Of a stretch of DNA of 64,000 nucleotides, positions 37,689 to 46,617 are shown piece after piece. Under the pieces are notes generated by a model. The model did not search any database and was not told the origin of the DNA. It saw only the letters and a list, made by a program, of their open reading frames with translations. A program made the position numbers and the translations under genes. The stretch is from Azospirillum sp. (GTDB lineage: Bacteria; Pseudomonadota; Alphaproteobacteria; Azospirillales; Azospirillaceae), in assembly GCA_027486405.1 (NCBI GenBank), contig JAIXPD010000073.1:33580-97579 (forward strand). The letters are read 5' to 3'. Every line of letters starts with the position of its first letter. The first letter of the stretch is position 1.

Positions 37689-38476
37689 TGGATGTGACCA
37701 TGGATACGATCCCTTCTCCGTTGCGTCCCTTCTGCGTCGTGCGGGATCGTATTCCGGCCGACATGACGGCGCGGGTCACGGCGCGGTTCGACGTGCACGG
37801 CTTCGATCCGGTCCCGTCGGACGGGGCCGCCCCCTGGGCCGACGCGCTGCTGGTGGAGCGGGCCGACCGCGATTGCCTGCGCGAAGCCTTTCACCGAAAC
37901 CCGTTTCTGATGGTTGAGCTGGGGGAAGGGGGCGACGAACCCGCCGCCCTGATGGAAGACTGGTCGGGCGCGCCGGCGGTGGAGCCGGGCTTTTACCTGT
38001 CCCTGACCACCGGCACCGCCTATGGCCTGCAATGCGCGGTGCTGGTGTGCGACGAGCTGACGCGGCGCGGGGCCTTGCCCGCCGACCACCGGGCGAATGT
38101 GGAAATGTGCCTGCACGAGGCCATCGCCAACGCCATCGTCCATGGCAATCTCGGGATTTCCAGCGCGGCCAAGAACCAGCCCGACGGCTATCGGGTGTTC
38201 GGGCAATTGCTGCGCGACCGGTTGGGCGATCCGGCCATCAAGCGCCGCCGCATCGATATCTTCTGCCGTTGGAACGCGGCGACCATCGCGTTGGCCGTGG
38301 TGGACCAGGGCAGCGGTTTCGACAGCGCCCCCAACGGCGGCGGGCCGACCGGTGCTGCCGTTGCCAAGGATGGCAAGGCGCGGTCCGGGCGCGGCTTCGT
38401 GTTCATGCGCGCCCTGGCCAGCCGGGTGGCGGTGACGGACGGCGGACGCTGCACCGTTTTGCATTTCGATCTCTGA
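37685..38476 (+). CDS. RsbW-like anti-sigma/Ser kinase (HATPase_c) with N-terminal extension
   Basis: LHEAIANAIVHGN, VDQGSGFD, SGRG..FM. Confidence 0.85.
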   Translation: MMDVTMDTIPSPLRPFCVVRDRIPADMTARVTARFDVHGFDPVPSDGAAPWADALLVERADRDCLREAFHRNPFLMVELGEGGDEPAALMEDWSGAPAVEPGFYLSLTTGTAYGLQCAVLVCDELTRRGALPADHRANVEMCLHEAIANAIVHGNLGISSAAKNQPDGYRVFGQLLRDRLGDPAIKRRRIDIFCRWNAATIALAVVDQGSGFDSAPNGGGPTGAAVAKDGKARSGRGFVFMRALASRVAVTDGGRCTVLHFDL

Positions 38477-38488
38477 CGGACCATCGGC

Positions 38489-39649
38489 ATGGCGATTTCG
38501 CTTTCCGACAGTCGTGTCCTGATTGTTGATGACAACGAGTTCAACCGCAAATCCCTGGCGCTGGTGATCCGGCGGGCCGGGATCACCCAGATCGCCTTCG
38601 CCGAAAACGGGGTGGAGGGGTTGAAGGCGGTGGACAGCTTCCGCCCCGATCTGGTGCTGCTGGACGTCGACATGCCGGTGATGAACGGGCTGGAGATGTG
38701 CGAGGCGCTGCGCCGCAACGCCACGCACGAACAGTTGCCCGTTCTGTTCCAGACCGCCTTCGACAGCGACCAGGAGCAGGTTCGCTGTTTCGAGGCGGGC
38801 GGCAGCGATTTCATCTCCAAGCCGATCAAGCCGGGCGAATGCGTGGCGCGGGTCCGCCACCAATTGGAAAAGCGCAAGCTGTTCAACGATCTGGCCGCCT
38901 ACCGCGCGCGGGTGGAGCGTGAGTTGTCGCACGCGCGGGCGATGCAGCATTCGCTGTTGCCGGAAAAGCGCCGCTTGCAGGCGGTGGCGGAACGCTATGG
39001 CCTGACGTTGGACGCCCATTTCGAAACCTCGTCGGAACTGGGCGGGGATTTCTGGGGCGTTTACCCGCTCGACAACCGCCGGGTCGGCTTCCTCATCATC
39101 GATTTCGCCGGGCATGGCATCACGGCGGCGATCAACACCTTTCGTCTGCACACGCTGATCGACCGCTTTCCCATGCAGGACGCGGCACCCTCGCAATGGT
39201 TGATGCAGTTGAACGGCGCGCTGAAGGATGTGTTGCCGACCGGGCAGTTCGCCACCGCCTTTTTCGGCATCCTCGATCTGACCACCGACACGCTGACCTA
39301 CGCGGCGGCGGGGTCGCCCAACCCGGTGTTGGGGGTGGGGGGGGACATCCGCCTGTTGGATTCGGCCGGGTTGGTGCTGGGGGCGTCGCGCCACGCCCGC
39401 TACACCGATCAAACGCACCGCCTGCCTCGCGGCGGCTTCCTGTTCCTCTACAGCGACGCGCTGATCGAATGCGGGGGGGCGGACGGGCAAAGGCCGCTTG
39501 GGCAGGACGCCGTTCCCGATTTCGTCCGCGCGGCGTTGGAAGACAACCGGGCGCACCCGCTGGACCCGATGATGGAGCGTTTTTACGCCCGCACCCGTCT
39601 GCCCCTGCGCGACGATCTGACGGCGGTGTGGATCGCGCGCCGGGCATGA
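38489..39649 (+). CDS. Response regulator with PP2C/SpoIIE phosphatase output (RsbU-like)
   Basis: N-terminal REC (IVDDN, LLDVDMP, SKP); GGDF, IDFAGHG, YSDAL, RDDLT. Confidence 0.92.
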   Translation: MAISLSDSRVLIVDDNEFNRKSLALVIRRAGITQIAFAENGVEGLKAVDSFRPDLVLLDVDMPVMNGLEMCEALRRNATHEQLPVLFQTAFDSDQEQVRCFEAGGSDFISKPIKPGECVARVRHQLEKRKLFNDLAAYRARVERELSHARAMQHSLLPEKRRLQAVAERYGLTLDAHFETSSELGGDFWGVYPLDNRRVGFLIIDFAGHGITAAINTFRLHTLIDRFPMQDAAPSQWLMQLNGALKDVLPTGQFATAFFGILDLTTDTLTYAAAGSPNPVLGVGGDIRLLDSAGLVLGASRHARYTDQTHRLPRGGFLFLYSDALIECGGADGQRPLGQDAVPDFVRAALEDNRAHPLDPMMERFYARTRLPLRDDLTAVWIARRA

Positions 39650-39720
39650 CCGGGGTCGCTTGAAACCCGGGGTCGCTTGAAACAAAGGACCGGCTGAAAC
39701 AAAGGACCGGGTTAAACAAA
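39650..39720 (+). repeat. 17-bp-period nested direct repeats
   Basis: CCGGGGTCGCTTGAAAC x2 (39650-39683); TGAAACAAAGGACCGG at 39678-93 and 39695-710. Confidence 0.85.
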
Positions 39721-39721
39721 A

Positions 39722-39749
39722 CACCGCGCCGGGATGGCCCGACGCGGTG
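39722..39749 (-). terminator. Probable intrinsic terminator for the DedA gene
   Basis: CACCGCG..CGGG-ATGG-CCCG..CGCGGTG hairpin followed on the minus strand by TTTTGTTT. Confidence 0.55.
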
Positions 39750-39809
39750 CTTCCTGCGGTCTGATGGTCCGCCGGTGGCGGGTCGTTGGTGTTCAGGACG
39801 CGGCGGTGT

Positions 39810-40382
39810 TCAGGACGCGGCGAAGCGCCGCACGACCCAACGGATGCTCTTGAAGGCGATCCAGAGGCCACCGATGGCCGCCACGCTGAGGATGAGGATC
39901 TTCGGCCCGTTCTCGCCGATGGTGGCCGCCGCCTCGCCAAACATGTAACCGGCCCCGGCGAAGCTGCACGCCCAGATGCCGGCGGCCAGGAAGTTCCAGA
40001 ACAGGAACTTGCTCCACGGCATGTTCGAGGTGCCGATGGCGACCGAGGCGATGTTGCGCACACCGTAGAGGAAACGGAAGCTGAGGATGAAGGCGACGCC
40101 GTATTTCTCCAGCCAGCGCAGCGCCCGGTTGGCGTGGATTTCGGCGGAGGGGAAGCGCGCCAGCGCCTTGGCCCCCCAGCGGCGACCCAACCAGAACCAG
40201 AGTTGATCGCCCATGAAGCTGCCGATCCAGACCGTGCCGATCAGCCAATACAGGTTGATGATGCCGAGCTGCGCGCCCATCCCGCCGAAGATGACAAATG
40301 TTTCACCTTCAAAAAAAGCCCAGAAGAACGCCAGCGGGTAGAAGGCGTTGCCCCATTCCTGCAACCAGTTGATCCAGTCCAA
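39810..40382 (-). CDS. DedA-family membrane protein
   Basis: AFFEGE, GSFMGDQLWFWLGRRWG, ILSFRFLYGVR. Confidence 0.88.
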   Translation of the reverse strand: MDWINWLQEWGNAFYPLAFFWAFFEGETFVIFGGMGAQLGIINLYWLIGTVWIGSFMGDQLWFWLGRRWGAKALARFPSAEIHANRALRWLEKYGVAFILSFRFLYGVRNIASVAIGTSNMPWSKFLFWNFLAAGIWACSFAGAGYMFGEAAATIGENGPKILILSVAAIGGLWIAFKSIRWVVRRFAAS

Positions 40383-40542
40383 AGCCCCCTCCGGGAGACG
40401 ACGCGCGACGCTTTGCTGCCGGTTTGCTCCTGATGGGTCGCGTTATTGTGCGGCGCAGCATAAACAAAACGGCTGATTGCGCATCATGGCATAGGCCGGA
40501 CGGCTTGTCCCCTAAACTTTCTGTCAGACTTTGAACGCCCGT

Positions 40543-41004
40543 TCAGACATCGTCGCCCGACAGCTCCGCCACCACTTGCCGCGCGGCGCGCAGCAGGGCC
40601 GGGTTGGGGCTGGCGTCGGCGTCGGAGTCGTTCGGGGCGGGGTCGTCCGGGTCGGTGTCGGGCATGGCGCGGCGCTTCAACTCCCGCGCCGCTTCGATCA
40701 ACAGGTGGCTGAGCTTGTGATCGGGCAGGGCGTGGATCAGCGCCCGTGCCTCCGCGTTGGACAGGGCAGCCGGATCGAAGGGCGGCGGCGGCCCTGGCGG
40801 GACCAGATTGAACGAGCCGGTGACGGCGGGGATGTGTGTGGCCATGGGCACGACCAGCGGCGTGGCGCTGGCGGCGGGCCGCGCCTCCCGCAGTTGATCG
40901 ACGGCAATCGGCGCGGCGATGCTGCCCGAGCGGGGGCGGCGCGGGATCTTGCGCGCGCGTTCGGTTATGGGCAGATCGGTGAAGAGCAGGGGCTGGGCGG
41001 TCAT
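40543..41004 (-). CDS. Hypothetical protein (153 aa)
   Basis: Clean ORF with GC-rich codon usage between dedA and the PIN gene; no recognisable motif. Confidence 0.6.
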   Translation of the reverse strand: MTAQPLLFTDLPITERARKIPRRPRSGSIAAPIAVDQLREARPAASATPLVVPMATHIPAVTGSFNLVPPGPPPPFDPAALSNAEARALIHALPDHKLSHLLIEAARELKRRAMPDTDPDDPAPNDSDADASPNPALLRAARQVVAELSGDDV

Positions 41005-41102
41005 CCGTTCACTCGCGGTTTGCGAAGTGTTCTCTTTTTATTCCTCCAATGCCGCCGCCTGTCGAGCGAAATCGACCGGTGGGTGGTGAGAATCCCCGAG
41101 GA

Positions 41103-41612
41103 TCAGTCCAACCGTTCCAGCAACCGTTCGGGACGCAGGATCACCGTGCGCCCGACCCGCCCGACCGACAGCAATTGCTGATCCACCGTGACCAGCCAAT
41201 CGGCGTCGCCCGCCAGGGCCACGGCCAGGAACATGTCGTCGTTGGGATCGCGGCACAGCCGCACGTCGGGCGGATCCGTCACCAACAGGGTTTCGGCTTC
41301 GATGGCCTCGCAGAACCGGACCCGCGCCGCCTTTCTCTGGTAACGCTCGAAATCCGGCCGCAACAGGGTTGCGCGCAGTTCGGCCAGCGTCTGCGCGCTT
41401 CCCAACAACCCATGGTCTTTCCGCACCCGCTCCACGCACCGGCGCAACGCGTCGTGCTGGCGTTGGTTGTGGCGGGGCGGCCTGCCGTCCATCAGGGCGC
41501 AGGACACCAGGATGTTGGTGTCCAACACCGCCCGAAGGGGCGGAAAATCGACCGAAGGCGTATGAATTCTGACCGATTCGTTAGGTTTCGTTAATTTTTC
41601 GTCACCAAACAT
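41103..41612 (-). CDS. PIN-domain (VapC-like) nuclease
   Basis: RAVLDTNILVS, LAEL, CRDPNDDMFLAVA, LVTVDQQLL. Start uncertain (41612 or 41690). Confidence 0.82.
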   Translation of the reverse strand: MFGDEKLTKPNESVRIHTPSVDFPPLRAVLDTNILVSCALMDGRPPRHNQRQHDALRRCVERVRKDHGLLGSAQTLAELRATLLRPDFERYQRKAARVRFCEAIEAETLLVTDPPDVRLCRDPNDDMFLAVALAGDADWLVTVDQQLLSVGRVGRTVILRPERLLERLD

Positions 41613-41705
41613 CCGAAACCCCGCCGCCCTTTCTTGTTCAAAACCAAAGTTTGCGCTAAGAACACCGAATTGTGTCAACCGATCATTCATGGCGGAACCC
41701 TGGGT

Positions 41706-42065
41706 ATGACCACGATCCTCATCGTCGACGACAGTCGGCTGGCGCGCAACATGGTCAGCAGCGTCATCACGTCGTTGCGCCCGGACTGGACCATCGTCCC
41801 CGCCGCCAGCGGTGAGGAGGCGTTGGAGGTGATCGGCGACACGGTTCCGGTGGCCGCCATCGTCGATTACAACATGCCGGGCATGGATGGGCTGACCCTG
41901 TGCGAACGGCTGAAGGAACGTTTCCTGGGCCTGCACATCGGCCTGTTGACCGCCAACGTCCAGGATTCCCTGAAGATGAAGGCGGAGGCGCTGGGCGTGC
42001 GCTTCATCGCCAAGCCGATCACATCGGACAAGATTCGCGAGTTCCTCGCCGCTGGCGGGCAGTGA
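41706..42065 (+). CDS. Single-domain response regulator (CheY-like)
   Basis: ILIVDDS, IVDYNMPGMDG, LTAN, IAKP. Confidence 0.9.
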   Translation: MTTILIVDDSRLARNMVSSVITSLRPDWTIVPAASGEEALEVIGDTVPVAAIVDYNMPGMDGLTLCERLKERFLGLHIGLLTANVQDSLKMKAEALGVRFIAKPITSDKIREFLAAGGQ

Positions 42066-42070
42066 CGCCG

Positions 42071-42682
42071 ATGACCGCCGATGACTCGTTTCATTTGACG
42101 GGCGACGAAGCGGATGCGATTGCCGAACTCTTCAACATCGGCATGGGGGAACCGGCGGCGGCGCTGAGTTCCATGCTGGGGGAAGAGGTGCGGCTGTCGG
42201 TGCCGTCCTTCGCCGTGTCCACCCGCGCCCGCATCACCCACGATCTGGCTCCCGGGATCAAGCCGCCGGTCTGCGCCGTGCGCGGCGAATTCGTCGGCCC
42301 CTTCACCGGCGAAGCCATGCTCATTTTCCCGGAAGAAGGCACGCTGGCCCTGGTCGGCCGTCTGGTCCCGGTCGATCCGTCCGCCGACGGCCCCGGCGAG
42401 ATGGAACAGGACGCGCTGACCGAGATCGGCAACATCATCCTGAACGGCTGTCTGGCCAGCCTGTCGAACCTGATCGGCGGGGAGATCGCCGGAACGGTTC
42501 CCGGCTATGGCTCCGGCAAGGCGGAGGAGGTCATCGGTTCCGCCGACGATCCGGTGCTGTTCGTGCGCATCGACATGGCGCTGGCGGCGGGGGATGCCCA
42601 CGGTCACGCGCTGTTCCTGCTCGACATCGCGTCGCTGGACGCGTTCCGCGCGGCGATCCGGCAAAGCATCGCCAACCTCTGA
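42071..42682 (+). CDS. CheC/CheX-family phosphatase
   Basis: DAIAELFNIGMG and DALTEIGNIILN (two ExxN motifs). Confidence 0.85.
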   Translation: MTADDSFHLTGDEADAIAELFNIGMGEPAAALSSMLGEEVRLSVPSFAVSTRARITHDLAPGIKPPVCAVRGEFVGPFTGEAMLIFPEEGTLALVGRLVPVDPSADGPGEMEQDALTEIGNIILNGCLASLSNLIGGEIAGTVPGYGSGKAEEVIGSADDPVLFVRIDMALAAGDAHGHALFLLDIASLDAFRAAIRQSIANL

Positions 42683-42879
42683 GCGCCACCACCAAAAAAA
42701 GACGGCCGGACGCCTGGGGCGTGCGTCCGACCGTCGATGGGTTGGGGAACCAGGGGCGTGCTCCCCACCCGGGGAACGTGTCACATCTCATGGAAGACAG
42801 GCGTTCGGTCAAACCCCGCCGCACCGCCCGCCCACCGGTGGGTGAGGCGGGCGGTGCCTGAAGCGCGTCAGACCGTGCG

Positions 42880-44007
42880 TCAGGCCGCGACCGTTTCCAG
42901 CGCCGGATAGTCGGTGTAGCCCTTGGCCCCGCCGCCGTAATAGGTCGTCCGGTCCGGCTCGTTCAGCGCGGCGTTGCTGGCAAAGCGCACCGGCAGGTCC
43001 GGATTGGCCAGGAAGGGTTCGCCAAAGCTGATGGCGTCGGCCTCACCCTTGGCGATGGCGGCGTCGGCGTCGGCCCGGCTGTAGCCGCCGTTCAGGATCA
43101 AGGCCCCCTTGTAGACCGCGCGCAGGGCGGCGGCGACGTGCGGCTGACCTTCCGCCGGAGCCATGTGGTGGCCGGGGCGGCCCTCGATCACGTGCAGATA
43201 GGCCAGGTTGAAGCTGTTCAGCGCCTTGGCGATGGCGGTGAAATGGCCCAGCGGGTCGCTGTCGGCCATATCGTTGAAGGCACCGGTCGGCGACAGGCGC
43301 AGGCCGACGCGGTCCGCCCCGATGGCGTGGGTCGTCGCCTCCAGAATCTCCATCAGGAAGCGGGCGCGGTTTTCCACGTTGCCGCCATATTGATCGGTGC
43401 GGTGGTTGGTGCGGTCGCGCAGGAACTGGTCGATCAGATAGCCGTTGGCCCCGTGGATCTCGACACCATCCAGACCGGCGTCGAACACCGCGCGCTTGGC
43501 GGCATCGGCGAAATGACGGACCAGGGCGGGAATTTCGGCGGTCTCCAGCGCGCGCGGCGTCGGGAAGGGTTCCATGCCCTGGCCGGTGTAAAGCTGGCCC
43601 TGCGCGGCGATGGCCGACGGGGCCAGCGGCAGCGCGCCGTTGGGCTGGAACAGCGGGTGGGAGATGCGGCCGGTGTGCCACAATTGGGTGACGATGCGGC
43701 CACCGGCGGCGTGCACCGCCTCGGCCACCGCGCGCCAGCCGATGGTCTGGGCGTCGGTGTGCAGGCCCGGCGTGTTGGGATAGCCCTGGGCGGTGTCGCT
43801 GACCTGCGTCGCCTCGGTCACGATCAAACCGGCGCTGGCGCGCTGGGCGTAATATTCGGCGTTCAGCGCGGTCGGCGCGTTGCCTTCCCCGGCCCGGCTG
43901 CGGGTGAGCGGGGCCATGATGATGCGGTTGGGCAGCTCGATGGCACCCAGACGCAGCGGGGTGAACAGGTCGGCGGTGGTGCCTTGGGTGTTGGTGTTCT
44001 GGGTCAT
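42880..44007 (-). CDS. nemA: Old yellow enzyme / N-ethylmaleimide reductase
   Basis: IIMAPLTRSRA, YYAQRASAG, EIHGANGYLIDQF, DQYGG..ENRARF, TYYGG..KGYTDYP. Confidence 0.9.
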   Translation of the reverse strand: MTQNTNTQGTTADLFTPLRLGAIELPNRIIMAPLTRSRAGEGNAPTALNAEYYAQRASAGLIVTEATQVSDTAQGYPNTPGLHTDAQTIGWRAVAEAVHAAGGRIVTQLWHTGRISHPLFQPNGALPLAPSAIAAQGQLYTGQGMEPFPTPRALETAEIPALVRHFADAAKRAVFDAGLDGVEIHGANGYLIDQFLRDRTNHRTDQYGGNVENRARFLMEILEATTHAIGADRVGLRLSPTGAFNDMADSDPLGHFTAIAKALNSFNLAYLHVIEGRPGHHMAPAEGQPHVAAALRAVYKGALILNGGYSRADADAAIAKGEADAISFGEPFLANPDLPVRFASNAALNEPDRTTYYGGGAKGYTDYPALETVAA

Positions 44008-44035
44008 GGCGGGAGTCTCGTCGGCGGAGAGTTGT

Positions 44036-44097
44036 ATGTATGTGGGTACATACTTGATCCATCCGCCTCCCCTTGTCAAGTATGCATCGACATACTT
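44036..44097. promoter_or_regulatory. Twin palindromic operators GTATG-N6-CATAC in the divergent nemA/tetR promoter
   Basis: ATGTATG-TGGGTA-CATACTT (44036-55) and AAGTATG-CATCGA-CATACTT (44078-97), 42 bp apart. The second lies within a possible TTGTCA..TATTAT promoter. Confidence 0.72.
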
Positions 44098-44146
44098 ATT
44101 ATCAACAGCACAGGGGGCGAGGGTCGCCCCAGAGGAGGATGAAACC

Positions 44147-44794
44147 GTGGAGCAGGAAACAGCGCCCGTGGATGGCTGCTGTGGTGGCGAGGGGGCGGCG
44201 CGCAAGCGCGACCGGGAGGCCACCAAGGGCGCGTTGCTCGACGCCGCCAAGATGGTGTTCGCCCAGCGCGGCTTTGACGCGGCGACAACGCGGGAGATCG
44301 CCGGGCGGGCCGGGGTCAACGAGCAGCTCATCCAGCGCTATTTCTCCGGGAAAAGCGGGCTGCTGCTGGCGGTGGTCGAACATTATTGGCGGCAGGAAAC
44401 CGGCGGCTGCGCCTTGCCCCCGCCCGCCGACAGCCTGGAAGCCGATCTGGCGCATTTCCTGACGGCGCAGTTGGCGCACAGTTGGGCCTGCCGCGACTTC
44501 ACCCGCGTGGTGTTGTCCCGTGCCCTGGTCGATCCGGCGATTGCCGAGGAGATGGGGCGCGCCCTGTCGGAAAGCCGGATTCCCTGCCTGCTCAAGCGGC
44601 TGGAAAGCTTCCGCGACCGGGGCCAGATCGCCGCCGACGCTGATCTGGCCAATGTGGCGGCGGGGATCGCGACGTTGAGTTTCGGCCTGGGTTTTTTGGA
44701 TCAGGTGGTGTTCGGGCGCGACAACGACCGGGTTCTGGGTGTGGTCGCCACCCTGGCCCACACCATCGCGCATGGTCTGGCGCCGCGCGGCTGA
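44147..44794 (+). CDS. TetR-family repressor
   Basis: LLDAAKMVFAQRGFDAATTREIA..AGV..YFSGK HTH; GTG start 8 nt after GAGGAGG. Confidence 0.92.
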   Translation: MEQETAPVDGCCGGEGAARKRDREATKGALLDAAKMVFAQRGFDAATTREIAGRAGVNEQLIQRYFSGKSGLLLAVVEHYWRQETGGCALPPPADSLEADLAHFLTAQLAHSWACRDFTRVVLSRALVDPAIAEEMGRALSESRIPCLLKRLESFRDRGQIAADADLANVAAGIATLSFGLGFLDQVVFGRDNDRVLGVVATLAHTIAHGLAPRG

Positions 44795-44825
44795 CGCGCA
44801 GCGGGCGCGGGAAGGCTGAAACGAA

Positions 44826-44850
44826 AACGGGGCGCTGCACGCGCCCCGTT
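44826..44850. terminator. Hairpin between convergent tetR and purB
   Basis: AACGGGGCGC-TGCAC-GCGCCCCGTT. Confidence 0.6.
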
Positions 44851-44881
44851 CCGCATCCCTTTGCAGCGTTTCAGAGACGGA

Positions 44882-46177
<1,296 letters not shown>

Positions 46178-46617
46178 CGGCACTCTCCGAAGGATGCGGT
46201 CCTGAAACGACGGCGGTGGGCGGTGAAGGAACGGGTCGGGTGCCCGCAAGGCACCCCGCAGCGGGAAAGCCGCCACGCGCGCGCGACCATAGCGGCGGCG
46301 GCGGCTGTTGCAAAGCCTTGCTAAGGTCGTGGCAGGGGCGCAAACATGCATACGCGGTCGGATCAAGTCTTGGTCAGGTCGCTGGTCCGGGAATGGGGCG
46401 GGCACCAAGGATCGGTGGGAAAACGTCAAGGTTGTGTTCGCGTGTCCGGCAGGCGATCGGTTGTTGGTGAGCCGGTTGGTGGTATTGTTGCGGAGAGAAA
46501 ATCTCTTGCGGGAAAAACGCTGGATCAGAGTCGCAGTGCGATCATTTCCGCGCGCTTGCGGTTGCAGTCTTGCGGGCATTCGGCAAGAATTGAGGCTTAG
46601 CATGGACTCGCTCGTCG

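Noticed and set aside
39650-39822. CRISPR array or mini-array
   Set aside because: Repeats are 17 bp, contiguous, without unique spacers, and there are no cas genes.
31736-40063. Very long alternative-frame ORFs (e.g. 31736-35239, 34621-37002, 37178-40063; also 8171-10981 and 20824-23634)
   Set aside because: They are antisense or off-frame shadows of well-supported genes in high-GC DNA, with no motifs and low-complexity Arg/Gly/Ala translations.
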